From an uncultured Alphaproteobacteria bacterium (GTDB lineage: Bacteria; Pseudomonadota; Alphaproteobacteria; RF32; CAG-239), in NCBI GenBank assembly GCA_944391705.1, contig CALXUN010000005.1, positions 19,873-83,872 of the forward strand: 64,000 nt of DNA. The letters run 5' to 3'. Shown piece after piece: positions 48,408-60,706 of the stretch. Under the pieces are notes generated by a model, which worked only from the letters and a program-made list of their open reading frames with translations, was not told where the DNA came from and ran no database searches. The number at the start of each line of letters is the position of its first letter. The first letter of the stretch is position 1. A program made the position numbers and the translations under genes.

Positions 48408-48439
48408 CAAGGGAGCATAAGGCTCCCTTGTTTGTTTTT
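48408..48439 (+). terminator. Terminator
   Basis: Stem CAAGGGAGC / GGCTCCCTTG followed by TTTGTTTTT. Confidence 0.7.
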
Positions 48440-48738
48440 CAGGCTGCGAATCTGCAGACATTAAAATTCTTGTTTTTTAGTTTCCGTTTTATCATTTTTC
48501 TTTTTTATTTTGATTTTTTAATTTACTTAAAAATATATAACTTTAGTCTATATCAATCTTAAGTACGGGGTTTCAATCTTAAAACCTAATCTTTAGTAAC
48601 AATTTATTATTTTTTTGTTTTTTCTTATTGAAAATTTCAATTTTATTACTTAACTTATGTGTTGTATTAGTTGTTCCGCAATTAAAACTGTTCCGTGCGT
48701 TTTACGGAATATATTTTAACCCATATGGAGAAAATAAA

Positions 48739-49212
48739 ATGAAAAAACTTTTGAGTTTGTTCTGTGCAATGGCTTTCTTGGCTGGTTGTTCTTCCGTTGG
48801 CTCCAACGGCGGCATGTTCGGCGGCAGTGAATGCGAAGATAAAGAAGCCCGTGACTTCATGGCAAATGCCGAAGACAGAGTTTTCTTTGCTTTTGACAGC
48901 TCTGCTTTAACCAACAACGCAACCGAAGTTTTGGATACTCAGGTTGAATGGCTGAACTCCAGAAAGCATAAGAAAGTTAACGTCATCGTTCAAGGTTACT
49001 GCGATGACAGAGGTACCCGTGAATACAACCTGGCTTTGGGCGAACGTCGTGCCAATGCCGTTAAACAGTACCTCGTTTCCCAGGGCGTTGCTGCTGATCG
49101 TATTTCCGTAATTTCTTACGGTAAAGAAAGACCGGCTGTTTTGGGCAACAATGAAGCTGCCTGGGCGCAAAACCGTCGTGCCGTTACTGTTGTTAAAACC
49201 AGCAACATGTAA
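48739..49212 (+). CDS. pal: Peptidoglycan-associated lipoprotein Pal
   Basis: ATG at 48739 after GGAG. Lipobox LAGC and an OmpA-like domain (NLALGERRA, NRRAV). Confidence 0.9.
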   Translation: MKKLLSLFCAMAFLAGCSSVGSNGGMFGGSECEDKEARDFMANAEDRVFFAFDSSALTNNATEVLDTQVEWLNSRKHKKVNVIVQGYCDDRGTREYNLALGERRANAVKQYLVSQGVAADRISVISYGKERPAVLGNNEAAWAQNRRAVTVVKTSNM

Positions 49213-49232
49213 TTTTACAGCATGAATCAAAA

Positions 49233-49263
49233 AGCATTCCTTTTTTAAGGGGTGCTTTTTTTT
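49233..49263 (+). terminator. Terminator after pal
   Basis: Stem AGCATTCCTT / AAGGGGTGCT (contains G.U pairs) followed by T8. Confidence 0.5.
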
Positions 49264-49364
49264 GTTTTAAATCTTTGACATAAAATTAGTATTTTGTTCT
49301 TGTTAATCATAAAGTTTTATTTTATATTTCTTTACATTATGATGCAACTTACAGGATTACAGAT

Positions 49365-50219
49365 ATGAAATTACTGCCTTTATCCGTTTTGGTTTTTGCC
49401 TTATGCCACAGTGTTAATGTTTCTGCTCAGGAACTGGTCGGCATACAGGAACAAATTGATGCCCTAAAAGAAGAAATGATTATTCTGCAGCGCAAAGTTT
49501 ACCGCGAAACCACCGACGGTCCGATTCAGGCTGCAGCCGGACAGGCTGAAGTTAAACTCGGCGAATATGATGAAATAATCCGCTCCATGAATGGCAAAAT
49601 CGACGAAATGGCACATCAAATCAAACAACTGGAAGAAAAAGTCGATAATATTAACCGGGATACAGATATCCGCTTTAAATTGTTGGAAGGAAAGCCCATT
49701 CCGGCAGCAGAAGGTAATGCCGCTCTTCCTAAAAAATTTGATACGGTTGTTGCAACCGGCGCGCCGAAATCTATCGTCGGCGATGAGGTAACAAGCGGGG
49801 AACTAAAAAACCTGACACCAAAAACAAAAGATCTGAGCGTGGAAGAAATTTATACTCAGGGGTTGGAGGCTCTTAAAGCCGGAAAATCTGCCGAGGCCGA
49901 ACAAAACTTTAATCTGATTTTGGAAAAACACGGTTCTGATAAATTGGCCGGAAATGCTCAGTACTGGCTCGGTGAAGTTTATTATAATGATAAAAACTTT
50001 GCCAAAGCTGCCGTTGCTTTCGGCCGCGGATATGATAAATATAAAAACGGCGGCAAAGGTCCGGACTGTTTATTAAAGCTCGGCCTTTCCATGATGCAGC
50101 TGGGCAAAAAAAATGAGGCATGTCTGGCCTTTACCAATCTGCCGAGCGAATTTCCCAAAGCTGATAAAACGATTTTGACTAAAGCCGCGGATGAAGCTAA
50201 AAAGCTTGGCTGCCAATAA
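49365..50219 (+). CDS. cpoB: Tol-Pal system protein CpoB/YbgF
   Basis: A signal peptide, a coiled coil and a C-terminal TPR block (AQYWLGEVYY). Confidence 0.85.
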   Translation: MKLLPLSVLVFALCHSVNVSAQELVGIQEQIDALKEEMIILQRKVYRETTDGPIQAAAGQAEVKLGEYDEIIRSMNGKIDEMAHQIKQLEEKVDNINRDTDIRFKLLEGKPIPAAEGNAALPKKFDTVVATGAPKSIVGDEVTSGELKNLTPKTKDLSVEEIYTQGLEALKAGKSAEAEQNFNLILEKHGSDKLAGNAQYWLGEVYYNDKNFAKAAVAFGRGYDKYKNGGKGPDCLLKLGLSMMQLGKKNEACLAFTNLPSEFPKADKTILTKAADEAKKLGCQ

Positions 50220-50240
50220 AATCTTTTAAATCTCGGATTA

Positions 50241-51347
50241 ATGATGTTTCGGGAATTTTTGGAAAGAAATCATATTGAAGATAAAAATATTGCCGTCGGT
50301 GTATCCGGCGGCAGCGATTCTTTGGCTTTAATTTTGATGGCTTATGATGAACTGGCTCCTTTAGGATATAAATTAACGGCTCTGACGGTCGACCACCGGC
50401 TGCGGCCGACTTCTGCCCAAGAAGCAGCTTATGTCGGCAAAATTATGCAAGAAAACAGTATTAATCATTATATTCTAGTTTGGGATGAAAAAGAAAAACC
50501 ATCTTCCGGTATTGAAGAAGCGGCACGCAAAGCCCGTTACGGTCTAATTAATGAATGGTGTAAAGATAACGGAATTAAGTTTGTTATGACGGCACACCAT
50601 ATGTACGATCAGGCAGAAACTTTTTTTATGCGTTTGTTTCGCGGCAGCGGCTTAAACGGCCTTTGCGGCATGCGGGAAGTTTTTCAACTGAATGGTTTAT
50701 GCATTTTAAGACCGCTGTTGAATACTAATCCCGAGATTATGAAAGATTATCTCCGAAAACGGAATATTTCCTGGATTCAAGATGAAAGCAATGATGCAGA
50801 AGAATATTTAAGAGTCAAAATGCGCCATATTTTGCCTGAGTTTTATGAAAAGAGCGGCATTACGGCCGAACAAATCGTCAATACCATGAAAAGATTGCAA
50901 AACTCCAGAGATTATTTGGAACATGAAACCCTGACTGTTATCAATAACGCTTTCAAAAATTGGTTTAATTATGCATATTGCTGTCTTTTGCAAAAATTTT
51001 TGGCATTCGATGATGAGTTGAAATTCCGGTTATTATCATTTCTTTTGCGTACTGTCGGACAAACCGAATACGCCCCACGGGCCGAAAAAATTCTTAATCT
51101 TATCGGCAGGTTGAAAAAAAACGGATTTCATTCGGCAACTTTAGGATATTGCCGTTTATACGTTATGGACGGTTGTTTATGGATTTATCCGGAAGAATTT
51201 GAGATTGGAAATTATAATTCGGCAAATTGGAAAATGTTTAAACAGCTTAATCCGAAATTTCGCAGAATAAAACTTCCTTTTCAGGTACGGGCTTATCTTT
51301 TCAACCATTTTAGAGAACTTAAAAACTACCCTTTTCCTTTTAATTGA
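50241..51347 (+). CDS. tilS: tRNA(Ile)-lysidine synthase
   Basis: PP-loop motif VGVSGGSDS. Confidence 0.88.
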   Translation: MMFREFLERNHIEDKNIAVGVSGGSDSLALILMAYDELAPLGYKLTALTVDHRLRPTSAQEAAYVGKIMQENSINHYILVWDEKEKPSSGIEEAARKARYGLINEWCKDNGIKFVMTAHHMYDQAETFFMRLFRGSGLNGLCGMREVFQLNGLCILRPLLNTNPEIMKDYLRKRNISWIQDESNDAEEYLRVKMRHILPEFYEKSGITAEQIVNTMKRLQNSRDYLEHETLTVINNAFKNWFNYAYCCLLQKFLAFDDELKFRLLSFLLRTVGQTEYAPRAEKILNLIGRLKKNGFHSATLGYCRLYVMDGCLWIYPEEFEIGNYNSANWKMFKQLNPKFRRIKLPFQVRAYLFNHFRELKNYPFPFN

Positions 51348-51503
51348 TGCAACCAAAGAGCTACCGACTTTGAGCCGGCTGTGATTAGGTAAGTTTAGAA
51401 ATCAGGCTTGCTTGTCAGCTGAAGGGCTTCGCAAACCTACGGTTCAGCTGAGGTACACCCCCTAACCTGCTTACACTGGTTGCACCTAAAGTGCCTCAAC
51501 GTT

Positions 51504-51613
51504 GACCCCCGGTATTCGCCGACGTTGTCGGCTCATAGGGGTGACAAAGTCGGTGACGGCACAAAGTTGTCATGCCTTCAAAACGCAAAGCGTTTTGGAT
51601 TAGGCATCCACAA
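51504..51613 (+). repeat. Structured repeats (module A followed by module B)
   Basis: Module A at 51504-51545 reads GACCCCCGGTATTCG-CCGACgttGTCGG-CTCATAGGGGTGAC. Module B lies at 51568-51613. Confidence 0.75.
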
Positions 51614-52234
51614 GGATATAAATACTTAAGTTATGTCTGTCAACCTGCTACCTGCCCGGACGGCTATTCCACCGCTTATCAGTCGGCTGATGACTGTGGA
51701 ACAACCGGCGCTCAAGGCTGGACTTTCTCTTCTAACGGTTACAGCGGCGATAAGCTTTGCGGCAAGTGTACTGCAAAAGACTGTGACGAATATAGGTGGG
51801 AAGAAGGAAGCATCCTTTCGGCAGCGCTTAGTAGTTGTGGAGAAGATTGTATTAAAGAATCTTGTACAGCCGGTGATACCATTAAATATAAAGTTACAAA
51901 ATGCAGTAATGATAAATATACCAATGATGATAAAACCGCATGTTTGGACCGTCCGGTTGTTTATGTTACAGTATCAGGATCTGGAAGTGTACAATGCGCT
52001 TTATCTAATATTGACAGAGCAACGACAGATGTCAAAATATGCAGAAACACCAGCTGTCAGGATTGCAGCAGTGCCGGACGTTCCGGTGACAGAATTTGTG
52101 TTGCGTCCGACTTCAATCCAGACCTAGGTTCAAATTATTTGAGTACGGTATGTCGTTATATAAACAAAAACCCGACATCTGGATCTTATACTGATTTATC
52201 ACATCCTGATAAAGGAAGGATTATTTACAAATAA
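51572..52234 (+). CDS. Cys-rich protein lacking a signal peptide (possibly 5'-truncated)
   Basis: 220 aa and Cys-rich. The only Met is the start, and that ATG lies inside repeat module B (TGTCATGCC). An in-frame stop lies at 51554. Confidence 0.45.
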   Translation: MPSKRKAFWIRHPQGYKYLSYVCQPATCPDGYSTAYQSADDCGTTGAQGWTFSSNGYSGDKLCGKCTAKDCDEYRWEEGSILSAALSSCGEDCIKESCTAGDTIKYKVTKCSNDKYTNDDKTACLDRPVVYVTVSGSGSVQCALSNIDRATTDVKICRNTSCQDCSSAGRSGDRICVASDFNPDLGSNYLSTVCRYINKNPTSGSYTDLSHPDKGRIIYK

Positions 52235-52277
52235 CTAACCTAAAATCAGCTTTTAAATTAAATCTCGACATTATATA

Positions 52278-52313
52278 AAAATTTCCCCCACGTTAAACGC
52301 GGGGGAAATTTTT
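52278..52313. terminator. Bidirectional terminator (rpoC and the Cys-rich ORF)
   Basis: Stem AAATTTCCCCC / GGGGGAAATTT flanked by A- and T-runs. Confidence 0.7.
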
Positions 52314-52331
52314 ATGGTTTTTGGCTCCGGT

Positions 52332-55300
52332 TTATTCTGCCGGGGTTTCGGCAGCTGCCGGCGTTTCTTCATTGCTGTGTTCCAGCTGGGCATTGGCTGC
52401 CGCTTCACGTTGAGCCAGAATTTCTTTATCATTCTGGGCGGCAACGCGTTTGAGCGAACGCAATACCGTACCGGTACCGGCCGGAATCAAACGGCCGACA
52501 ATGACGTTTTCTTTCAAACCGGTCAAGTGGTCAACCTTGCCGCAAACGGCTGCTTCGGTCAGGACACGCGTGGTTTCCTGGAAGGAAGCGGCAGAAATAA
52601 ACGACTTGGTCTGCAATGAAGCCTTGGTGATACCCAACAGCACCGGATCAGCCTGAGCCGGCGTGCCGTTCTCGGCAATCACTTTGGCATTCTCTTCTTC
52701 AAAGACATCGCGGTCAACCTGTTCGCCAACCAGGAAGGTGGTGTCGCCCGGCGTGGTAATCTCGACTTTCTTGAGCATTTGCGAAACAATGACCTCAATG
52801 TGTTTGTCGTTAATTTTCACACCTTGCAGACGGTAAACGTCCTGAACTTCCTTGACCAGATATTCGGCCAGTTTTTCAACACCCAAAACGCGCAAGATAT
52901 CATGCGGCGCCGGTGTGCCTTCAACCAGCAAGTCACCTTTTTTAACGATGTCACCGTCTTGGACAACCAGGTGGCGACCCTTCGGAATTAAATATTCCAC
53001 CGGCTCGCCTTTTGCCGGAATAACGCTGATACGCTGTTTGGCTTTATAGTCTTTGCCAAATTCAACCATACCGTCGACATCAGAGATAATTGCCTGATCC
53101 TTCGGGTGGCGGGCTTCAAACAACTCAGCCACACGCGGCAGACCACCGGTAATATCTTTGGTCTTGGAGCTTTCCCGCGGAATACGGGCAATCACATCAC
53201 CGACCTTGACTTCCGAACCGTTGTCAACATTCAAAACGGCATCAACCGATAAGTAGTAACGGACTTCTTTTCCGTTATCAAACGTAACCGCTTTACCTTT
53301 AGCATCTTTCAAGACAATGCTCGGTTTTAAGGAAGCATTGGCCGAAGAACCGCTTTGCCAGTCAATAACGACTTTGGAAACAATACCGGTTGTTTCATCC
53401 ATGTTTTCTTTAACCGAAACATTATTAATCAGGTCAACCAGTTGTGCGGTACCGGCCTTTTCGGAAATGACCGGAATGGTAAACGGATCCCACTCGGCAA
53501 CTTTCTGGCCTTTTTTAACTTTAGCGCCTTCTTCAACCAAAATTGTTGTTCCGTACGGAACATGATGGCGTGATTTTTCACGTCCCTGTGCATCTTCAAT
53601 AATGATTTCGCAGTTGCGGGACAGAACAATCAGGTGGCCTTGAGAATCGGTAACCGTATGTTTGTTTTCCAACTTCAAAATGCCGGCAAACGGGACTTCA
53701 ATGCTGGATTGTTCGGCTGATTTTGATGCCGCACCACCGATGTGGAACGTACGCATCGTTAACTGAGTACCCGGTTCACCGATGGATTGGGCAGCAATAA
53801 CGCCGACCGCTTCACCGACATTAACCGGCGTACCGCGGGCCAAATCACGCCCGTAGCAGGCAGCGCAGACGCCATGTTCGGATTCACAGGTTAATACCGA
53901 ACGAATCTTTACTTGTTCAACACCGGCCTTTTCAACCAGTTCGGCATCGTTTTCATCAATCAGTTTGCCTTTTTTAACCAAAACTTCACCGGTTTCAGGA
54001 TGAACAATATCTTCCTGAATGGTCCGGCCCAAAATACGGTCACCGATGGAAACAATCACGTTGCCGCCATCAACCACCGGACGGACGATAATGCCGCGTT
54101 CGGTGCCGCAATCGGTTTCGGTAATCACGACATCCTGGGCAACATCAACCAGACGACGGGTCAGGTAACCGGAGTTAGCGGTTTTTAACGCCGTATCCGA
54201 CAAACCTTTACGGGCACCGTGGGTGGAGTTAAAGTATTCGGACACCGTCAAGCCTTCCTTAAAGTTGGAGATAATCGGCTGTTCGATAATCTCACCTGAA
54301 GGTTTGGCCATCAAACCACGCATACCGGCCAGCTGGCGCATTTGAGCGGCAGAACCGCGGGCGCCGGAGTGAGCCATCATATATACGGAGTTGATGTAGC
54401 CGTGTTCGGTTTTGGAGATGTTTTTCATCATTTCATCGGCAATTTTATCCGTACAGGCCGCCCAGATATCGACGACTTTATTATATTTTTCGCCTTTGGT
54501 AATCAAACCGTTTTGATACTGCTGTTCAAATTCCTTGACCTGCTCGGTGGTTTCTTTAATCAGCTCCTGCTTCGCAGCCGGAACAATCAAATCATCTTTA
54601 CCGAAAGAAATACCGGCTTTGCAGGCATTGGTGAAGCCCAAAGTCATAATTTTATCAACCATGATACAGGTTTCTTTCTGACCGCAATGGCGGTAAACCG
54701 TATCAATAATTTCAGAAATTTCTTTCTTCTTTAACAAACGGTTGACCAAAGAAAACGGAATGTTCGGATTTTTAGGCAGAATGTCAGAAACGATAATACG
54801 TCCCGGTGTCGTTTCAACCAAACCATATTTGGTTTCGCCGTTGTCATCGACATATTCCATGCGGCACTTAATCTTGGCATGCAAATCAACCACTTTGGCA
54901 TTTAAGGCCAGCATAACTTCATCGGCATCGGCATAAATTCCGCCCTCACCCATGACATCGTCTGCTTCATAGGTCAGGTAATAAATACCCAAAACCATGT
55001 CTTGCGACGGCACGATAATCGGCTTGCCGGATGCCGGCGACAAAATGTTGTTGGTTGACATCATCAGCACGCGGGCTTCCAACTGCGCTTCAATTGAAAG
55101 CGGAACATGGACAGCCATTTGGTCGCCGTCGAAGTCAGCGTTGAACGCGGTACAAACCAGCGGATGCAGGTGAATGGCTTTACCTTCAACCAAAACCGGT
55201 TCAAAAGCCTGAATACCCAAACGGTGCAAAGTCGGCGCACGGTTTAACAGAACCGGATGTTCGCGAATGACTTCTTCCAGGATATCCCAGACTTCCGGAC

Positions 55301-56519
55301 GTTCTTTTTCAACCATGCGTTTAGCCGCTTTAATGGTGGTGGCATGACCGTACAGTTCGAGCTTGGAATATACGAACGGTTTGAACAATTCCAGCGCCAT
55401 CTTCTTGGGCAGACCGCACTGCTGTAACTTCAATTCCGGACCAACCGTAATAACCGAACGACCGGAATAGTCAACACGTTTACCCAACAGATTCTGGCGG
55501 AAACGACCTTGTTTACCTTTGAGCATATCCGACAAAGATTTCAGCGGACGCTTGCTGGTGCCGGTAATGGCACGGGCACGGCGGCCGTTGTCAAACAGTG
55601 CGTCAACAGATTCCTGCAACATTCTTTTTTCGTTGCGGACAATAATATCCGGTGCATGCAATTCCAGCAAACGTTTCAAACGGTTGTTGCGGTTAATTAC
55701 ACGACGGTACAAATCATTCAGATCAGATGTGGCAAAACGACCGCCATCTAATGGCACCAACGGACGCAATTCCGGCGGAATAACCGGCAATACGGTCAAA
55801 ATCATCCATTCCGGCTTGGTGTTGGAATCTATAAAGGATTCAACAATCTTCAAGCGTTTGACCAATTTTTTACGTTTGGCTTCGGAATTGGTTTCTTTTA
55901 ATTCGGCGCGCATGGAGGCACGTTCGGCTTCCAAATCAATATTTGCCAGAATTTCGCGCAGCGCCTCGGCGCCGATACCGGCGCGGAAGGCATCTTCACC
56001 ATATTTATCCAAGGCGTCCTGATATTCATCTTCGCTTAAAAGCTGGTGCAGGGTTAAGTCGGTCAAGCCCGGCTCAATCACCACATAGCTTTCAAAGTAA
56101 AGAATTCTTTCCAAGGCCTTCATCGGAATGTCGGTCAACATGGAAATGCGGCTCGGAAGTGACTTCAAAAACCAGATATGGGCAACAGGCGCTGCCAGTT
56201 CAATGTGTCCCATACGTTCACGGCGGACTTTGGAAAGCGTGACCTCAACGCCGCACTTTTCGCAGACGATGCCGCGGTATTTCATTCTTTTGTATTTGCC
56301 GCACAAACATTCATAGTCTTTGACCGGACCAAAAATGCGGGCGCAGAACAAACCGTCGCGCTCCGGTTTGAATGTGCGGTAGTTGATGGTTTCGGGTTTT
56401 TTGACCTCGCCGTATGACCATGAACGAATCTGTTCAGGAGAGGCAATGGAAATCTTGATTTCGTCAAAACTCTCTTCAGCCGGTTGCTGCTGGCCAAAAA
56501 ATTTCATTACGTCATTCAT
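52332..56519 (-). CDS. rpoC: RNA polymerase beta' subunit
   Basis: 1395 aa with the catalytic [12 protein letters not shown] motif. Confidence 0.97.
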   Translation of the reverse strand: MNDVMKFFGQQQPAEESFDEIKISIASPEQIRSWSYGEVKKPETINYRTFKPERDGLFCARIFGPVKDYECLCGKYKRMKYRGIVCEKCGVEVTLSKVRRERMGHIELAAPVAHIWFLKSLPSRISMLTDIPMKALERILYFESYVVIEPGLTDLTLHQLLSEDEYQDALDKYGEDAFRAGIGAEALREILANIDLEAERASMRAELKETNSEAKRKKLVKRLKIVESFIDSNTKPEWMILTVLPVIPPELRPLVPLDGGRFATSDLNDLYRRVINRNNRLKRLLELHAPDIIVRNEKRMLQESVDALFDNGRRARAITGTSKRPLKSLSDMLKGKQGRFRQNLLGKRVDYSGRSVITVGPELKLQQCGLPKKMALELFKPFVYSKLELYGHATTIKAAKRMVEKERPEVWDILEEVIREHPVLLNRAPTLHRLGIQAFEPVLVEGKAIHLHPLVCTAFNADFDGDQMAVHVPLSIEAQLEARVLMMSTNNILSPASGKPIIVPSQDMVLGIYYLTYEADDVMGEGGIYADADEVMLALNAKVVDLHAKIKCRMEYVDDNGETKYGLVETTPGRIIVSDILPKNPNIPFSLVNRLLKKKEISEIIDTVYRHCGQKETCIMVDKIMTLGFTNACKAGISFGKDDLIVPAAKQELIKETTEQVKEFEQQYQNGLITKGEKYNKVVDIWAACTDKIADEMMKNISKTEHGYINSVYMMAHSGARGSAAQMRQLAGMRGLMAKPSGEIIEQPIISNFKEGLTVSEYFNSTHGARKGLSDTALKTANSGYLTRRLVDVAQDVVITETDCGTERGIIVRPVVDGGNVIVSIGDRILGRTIQEDIVHPETGEVLVKKGKLIDENDAELVEKAGVEQVKIRSVLTCESEHGVCAACYGRDLARGTPVNVGEAVGVIAAQSIGEPGTQLTMRTFHIGGAASKSAEQSSIEVPFAGILKLENKHTVTDSQGHLIVLSRNCEIIIEDAQGREKSRHHVPYGTTILVEEGAKVKKGQKVAEWDPFTIPVISEKAGTAQLVDLINNVSVKENMDETTGIVSKVVIDWQSGSSANASLKPSIVLKDAKGKAVTFDNGKEVRYYLSVDAVLNVDNGSEVKVGDVIARIPRESSKTKDITGGLPRVAELFEARHPKDQAIISDVDGMVEFGKDYKAKQRISVIPAKGEPVEYLIPKGRHLVVQDGDIVKKGDLLVEGTPAPHDILRVLGVEKLAEYLVKEVQDVYRLQGVKINDKHIEVIVSQMLKKVEITTPGDTTFLVGEQVDRDVFEEENAKVIAENGTPAQADPVLLGITKASLQTKSFISAASFQETTRVLTEAAVCGKVDHLTGLKENVIVGRLIPAGTGTVLRSLKRVAAQNDKEILAQREAAANAQLEHSNEETPAAAETPAE

Positions 56520-56539
56520 ATTTATAAAACTCCTTATCC

Positions 56540-59500
56540 TTAAACTTCTTCGTTCAACATTTCAACATTCAGGCACAAAGATTTCATTTCTTTGACCAAA
56601 ACGTTAAACGATTCAGGAACGCCGGTGTCAAACGTATCTTCACCGCGGACAATGGCTTCATAAACCTTGGTACGGCCGTTGACGTCATCGGATTTGACCG
56701 TCAACATCTCTTGCAAGGTATAAGCCGCGCCGTAAGCTTGCAGCGCCCAAACTTCCATTTCGCCGAAACGTTGACCGCCGAATTGAGCCTTACCGCCTAA
56801 CGGCTGTTGGGTAACCAAACTGTACGGACCAACCGAACGGGCGTGCATCTTTTCATCAACGATGTGGTGCAATTTAATCATATAAATGATACCCACCGTC
56901 ACTTTGCGGTCAAATTTTTCACCGGTGCGGCCGTCATAGAGGTCTATCTGACCGGAAGTCGGCAGACCTGCCATTTCCAACATGCGGTTAATATCGTCGC
57001 CGCTGGCACCGTCAAAGACCGGTGTCGCCATCGGGATACCGTCTTTCAAGTTGGAAATCATTTCCATCTTTTCCGGCTCGCTTAAGGTAGCAATTTCGGC
57101 TTTATATTGTTTTTCGCCGTAAATTTCTTTCAAGCGGTTGTTTAATTCATCAATCGTCTTTTCACCGCGTTTATACTGTTCGCACATTTCATTTAACTGG
57201 CGGCCGAGTTCTTTGGCTGCCCAGCCCAAATGTGTTTCGAGAATTTGCCCGACGTTCATACGGGACGGAACACCCAGCGGGTTTAAGACGATATCAACCG
57301 GCGTACCGTCGGCCATATACGGCATGTCTTCCAGCGGCAAAACGCGGGAAACCGTACCTTTGTTACCATGACGACCGGCCATTTTATCACCAGTTTGCAT
57401 TTTACGCTTGGTGGCGATAAAGACTTTGACCATCTTTAAAACGCCCGGCAGCAAATCATCGCCGCGCTGAACTTTTTCAACCTTATCGTCAAAGTGTTTC
57501 TGGACTTTGGCAACACGGGCGTCAAAAGCGGCTGCAAATTCTTCAATCTGCGCCATGATGTTTTCATCTTTAACAACGATTTTGCGCCATTGTGCCGACG
57601 GAACACTGTCCAAAGCTTCAGCCGTTAATTTGGCCTTCTTGTCAATGCCTTTCGGGGCATCAACAACCGTTTGGCCGATTAACATCGCTTTCAAGCGGGC
57701 ATCAAAGCTCTTGCGGACAATCGCAATTTCATCATCACGGTCTTTGGCCAGCTGTGAAATTTCCTGCTGTTCAATGGAAAGGGCACGTTCATCTTTTTCC
57801 ACACCGCGGCGGGAGAAAACGTGAACATCAACCACAACGCCTTCAATACCCGGCTGAACACGCAGCGAAGTATCGCGGACATCGCTTGCTTTTTCACCGA
57901 AAATCGCCCGTAAGAGTTTTTCTTCCGGCGTTACCGGAGATTCGCCTTTCGGGGTCACTTTACCGACCAAAATGTCGCCGGCTTTAACTTCGGCGCCGAT
58001 ATAAACGATACCGGCTTCATCAAGGTTGCGCAATGCTTCTTCACCGACATTGGGAATATCACGGGTGATTTCTTCCTGACCCAGCTTGGTATCGCGCGCC
58101 ATAACCTCAAACTCTTCAATATGCAGTGAAGTTAAAACATCGTCGCGGGAAATACGTTCGGAAAGCAAAATTGCATCTTCGTAGTTCAAACCGTTCCACG
58201 GCATGAAAGCAACCAAAACGTTCTTGCCTAAAGCCAGTTCGCCCATATCGGTACACGGACCGTCGGCGATAATGTCACCGGCTTTAATTTTGTCGCCAAC
58301 CTTAACAAGCGGTACCTGATTGATGCAGGTATTTTGGTTGGAGCGGCGGAATTTTTGCAGACGATAGATTTCCACACCGACATTATTGGCATGCGGATCA
58401 TCGGAGCGAATAACAATGCGGTTTGCATCAACCGAATCCACAACACCATCATATTTCGCCACCAGCGTTGCACCGGAATCTTTGGCAACGGTTGCTTCAA
58501 TACCGGTACCGACAAGAGGTGCTTCGCTTCTTAACAACGGTACGCCCTGGCGCTGCATGTTTGAACCCATCAAAGCGCGGTTGGCGTCATCGTTTTCCAA
58601 AAACGGAATAAGAGCGGTTGCAACCGAAACCAACTGTTTTGGTGAAACGTCAATAAGATTGATGTCAGCCGGGGCGGCATAAACAACTTCACCGGCTTTG
58701 CGGCAGGCAATCATATCATTTTCGAAACGACCGTCTTCGTTAACTTTGGCATTAGCTTCGGCTATAATATATTTGCTTTCTTCATCGGCAGATAAGTATA
58801 TAACATCTTTAGTTACCACACCGTCAACCACCTTGCGGTACGGACATTCAATGAAACCGTATTTGTTGATGCGGGCATATGTTGCCAGTGAGTTAATCAA
58901 ACCGATGTTCGGACCTTCCGGCGTTTCAATCGGGCAGATACGGCCATAATGCGTCGGATGCACGTCGCGCACTTCAAAACCGGCCCGGTCACGGGACAAA
59001 CCGCCGGGACCCAAAGCTGACAGACGACGTTTGTGGGTAATTTCAGACAACGGGTTGTTCTGATCCATAAACTGCGAAAGCTGGGAAGAACCGAAAAATT
59101 CGCGGATGACCGAGGCAATCGGCTTAGCATTGACCAAATCCTGCGGCTTGACGTTATTTAACACTTCAGCGCTCATTTTTTCTCTGATGGCGCGTTCCAT
59201 TCTGAGCAAGCCCATACGATACTGATTTTCCATCAGTTCGCCGACCGAACGGACGCGGCGGTTGCCCAAATGGTCAATATCATCAACTTCGCCTTTACCG
59301 TCGCGCAATTCAATCATGTGCTTGACAATACGCAAGATATCATCTTTACGCAATGTACGGTATGTATCAGGCGCTTCCTCAAACGGAATATCCAAGGCCA
59401 GATTCATCTTAACGCGGCCGACAGATGACAGGTCATAACGTTCATTATCAAAGAACAGGCCTTTAAATAACTGGTAAGAAGCATCCAGCGTTGCCGGTTC

Positions 59501-60706
59501 GCCCGGGCGCATCACACGGTAAATATCCAGCAAAGCTTCTTCACGACAGTGGTTTTTATCAGCTTCCAGTGTGTTGCGGATATACGGACCGACATTAATG
59601 CCATCAATATAAAGAATGCTTAATTCATTGATTTTGGCATCGGCAATTTTGGCTAAAACTTCTTCATTTAATTCTGCACCGGCATCGGCAATAACTTCAC
59701 CGGTCTTGGCATTTACAGCTGCCTTGCCCAGGAACTTCCCGTAAAGCTGCTCTTTATTGACCTGATAGTATTCCAGGCCGTCTTCCACTAATTTAGCAGC
59801 AGTTCTCGGGGTGATTTTTTTACCTTGTTCCCAAACCGTTTTTCCGGTTTTGGCATCAACCAGATCAAAATCAAATTTGACGCCTTTCATGCGTTCCGGA
59901 ATAAATTTGACTTTCCAGCCTTTTTTGTTGGCAACATATTCATCTGCTTCATAGAAGTAATTTAAAATTTCTTCCTTATCCATGCCTTTGATTTCTTCGG
60001 CCGGAACCTTTTCACCTGCCTTGATACGGTCTTCGGTTTCTTTGGAATACAAAGAATACAAAACGGAAGTTACCGGCAGTTTGCGGCGACGGTCAATACG
60101 GGCATATATCAAATCCTTGGCATCAAATTCAAAATCAAGCCAAGAACCGCGGTAAGGTATCACACGGGCGGCAAACAGGTATTTGCCCGAAGACATGGTT
60201 TTGCCTTTATCATGGTCAAAGAACACACCCGGAGAGCGGTGCATCTGGGAAACGACCACGCGTTCGGTACCGTTAAAAATAAACGTACCTTTATCGGTCA
60301 TCAGCGGAATATCACCCATGTAAACATCTTGTTCTTTGATGTCATGAATTGATTTGGCGCCGGTAGCTTCATCAATATCCCAAACAACCAGACGCAGCGT
60401 TGCTTTAATCGGCGCGGCATAAGTCATGTCGCGTTTGATGCATTCGTCAACATCATATTTAGGCTCTTCCAGTTCATATTTTACGAACTCAAGCTCACCG
60501 TTGCCGGAAAAATCTTTAATCGGGAAAATTGATTTGAATACTTCTTCGAGCCCGAATTCGCAGTGTTCGCCATATGCGTCAACATTGTTGATAAAACTGG
60601 AATAAGAACCCGTCTGGACTTCGATTAAACTCGGCATATCAATCACAGAATCGATTTTGCCAAAGTTCTTTCTTACACGTTTTTTGCTCGTATAAGATTC
60701 CTTCAT
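56540..60706 (-). CDS. rpoB: RNA polymerase beta subunit
   Basis: 1388 aa with [12 protein letters not shown] and the Rif-region [17 protein letters not shown]. Confidence 0.97.
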   Translation of the reverse strand: MKESYTSKKRVRKNFGKIDSVIDMPSLIEVQTGSYSSFINNVDAYGEHCEFGLEEVFKSIFPIKDFSGNGELEFVKYELEEPKYDVDECIKRDMTYAAPIKATLRLVVWDIDEATGAKSIHDIKEQDVYMGDIPLMTDKGTFIFNGTERVVVSQMHRSPGVFFDHDKGKTMSSGKYLFAARVIPYRGSWLDFEFDAKDLIYARIDRRRKLPVTSVLYSLYSKETEDRIKAGEKVPAEEIKGMDKEEILNYFYEADEYVANKKGWKVKFIPERMKGVKFDFDLVDAKTGKTVWEQGKKITPRTAAKLVEDGLEYYQVNKEQLYGKFLGKAAVNAKTGEVIADAGAELNEEVLAKIADAKINELSILYIDGINVGPYIRNTLEADKNHCREEALLDIYRVMRPGEPATLDASYQLFKGLFFDNERYDLSSVGRVKMNLALDIPFEEAPDTYRTLRKDDILRIVKHMIELRDGKGEVDDIDHLGNRRVRSVGELMENQYRMGLLRMERAIREKMSAEVLNNVKPQDLVNAKPIASVIREFFGSSQLSQFMDQNNPLSEITHKRRLSALGPGGLSRDRAGFEVRDVHPTHYGRICPIETPEGPNIGLINSLATYARINKYGFIECPYRKVVDGVVTKDVIYLSADEESKYIIAEANAKVNEDGRFENDMIACRKAGEVVYAAPADINLIDVSPKQLVSVATALIPFLENDDANRALMGSNMQRQGVPLLRSEAPLVGTGIEATVAKDSGATLVAKYDGVVDSVDANRIVIRSDDPHANNVGVEIYRLQKFRRSNQNTCINQVPLVKVGDKIKAGDIIADGPCTDMGELALGKNVLVAFMPWNGLNYEDAILLSERISRDDVLTSLHIEEFEVMARDTKLGQEEITRDIPNVGEEALRNLDEAGIVYIGAEVKAGDILVGKVTPKGESPVTPEEKLLRAIFGEKASDVRDTSLRVQPGIEGVVVDVHVFSRRGVEKDERALSIEQQEISQLAKDRDDEIAIVRKSFDARLKAMLIGQTVVDAPKGIDKKAKLTAEALDSVPSAQWRKIVVKDENIMAQIEEFAAAFDARVAKVQKHFDDKVEKVQRGDDLLPGVLKMVKVFIATKRKMQTGDKMAGRHGNKGTVSRVLPLEDMPYMADGTPVDIVLNPLGVPSRMNVGQILETHLGWAAKELGRQLNEMCEQYKRGEKTIDELNNRLKEIYGEKQYKAEIATLSEPEKMEMISNLKDGIPMATPVFDGASGDDINRMLEMAGLPTSGQIDLYDGRTGEKFDRKVTVGIIYMIKLHHIVDEKMHARSVGPYSLVTQQPLGGKAQFGGQRFGEMEVWALQAYGAAYTLQEMLTVKSDDVNGRTKVYEAIVRGEDTFDTGVPESFNVLVKEMKSLCLNVEMLNEEV

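Noticed and set aside
52314-60706. Dozens of 60-170 aa ORFs on the + strand, or in other frames, inside rpoC and rpoB.
   Set aside because: They lie entirely within two very well supported long genes and have no RBS or recognisable motifs. They are shadow ORFs typical of long coding regions.
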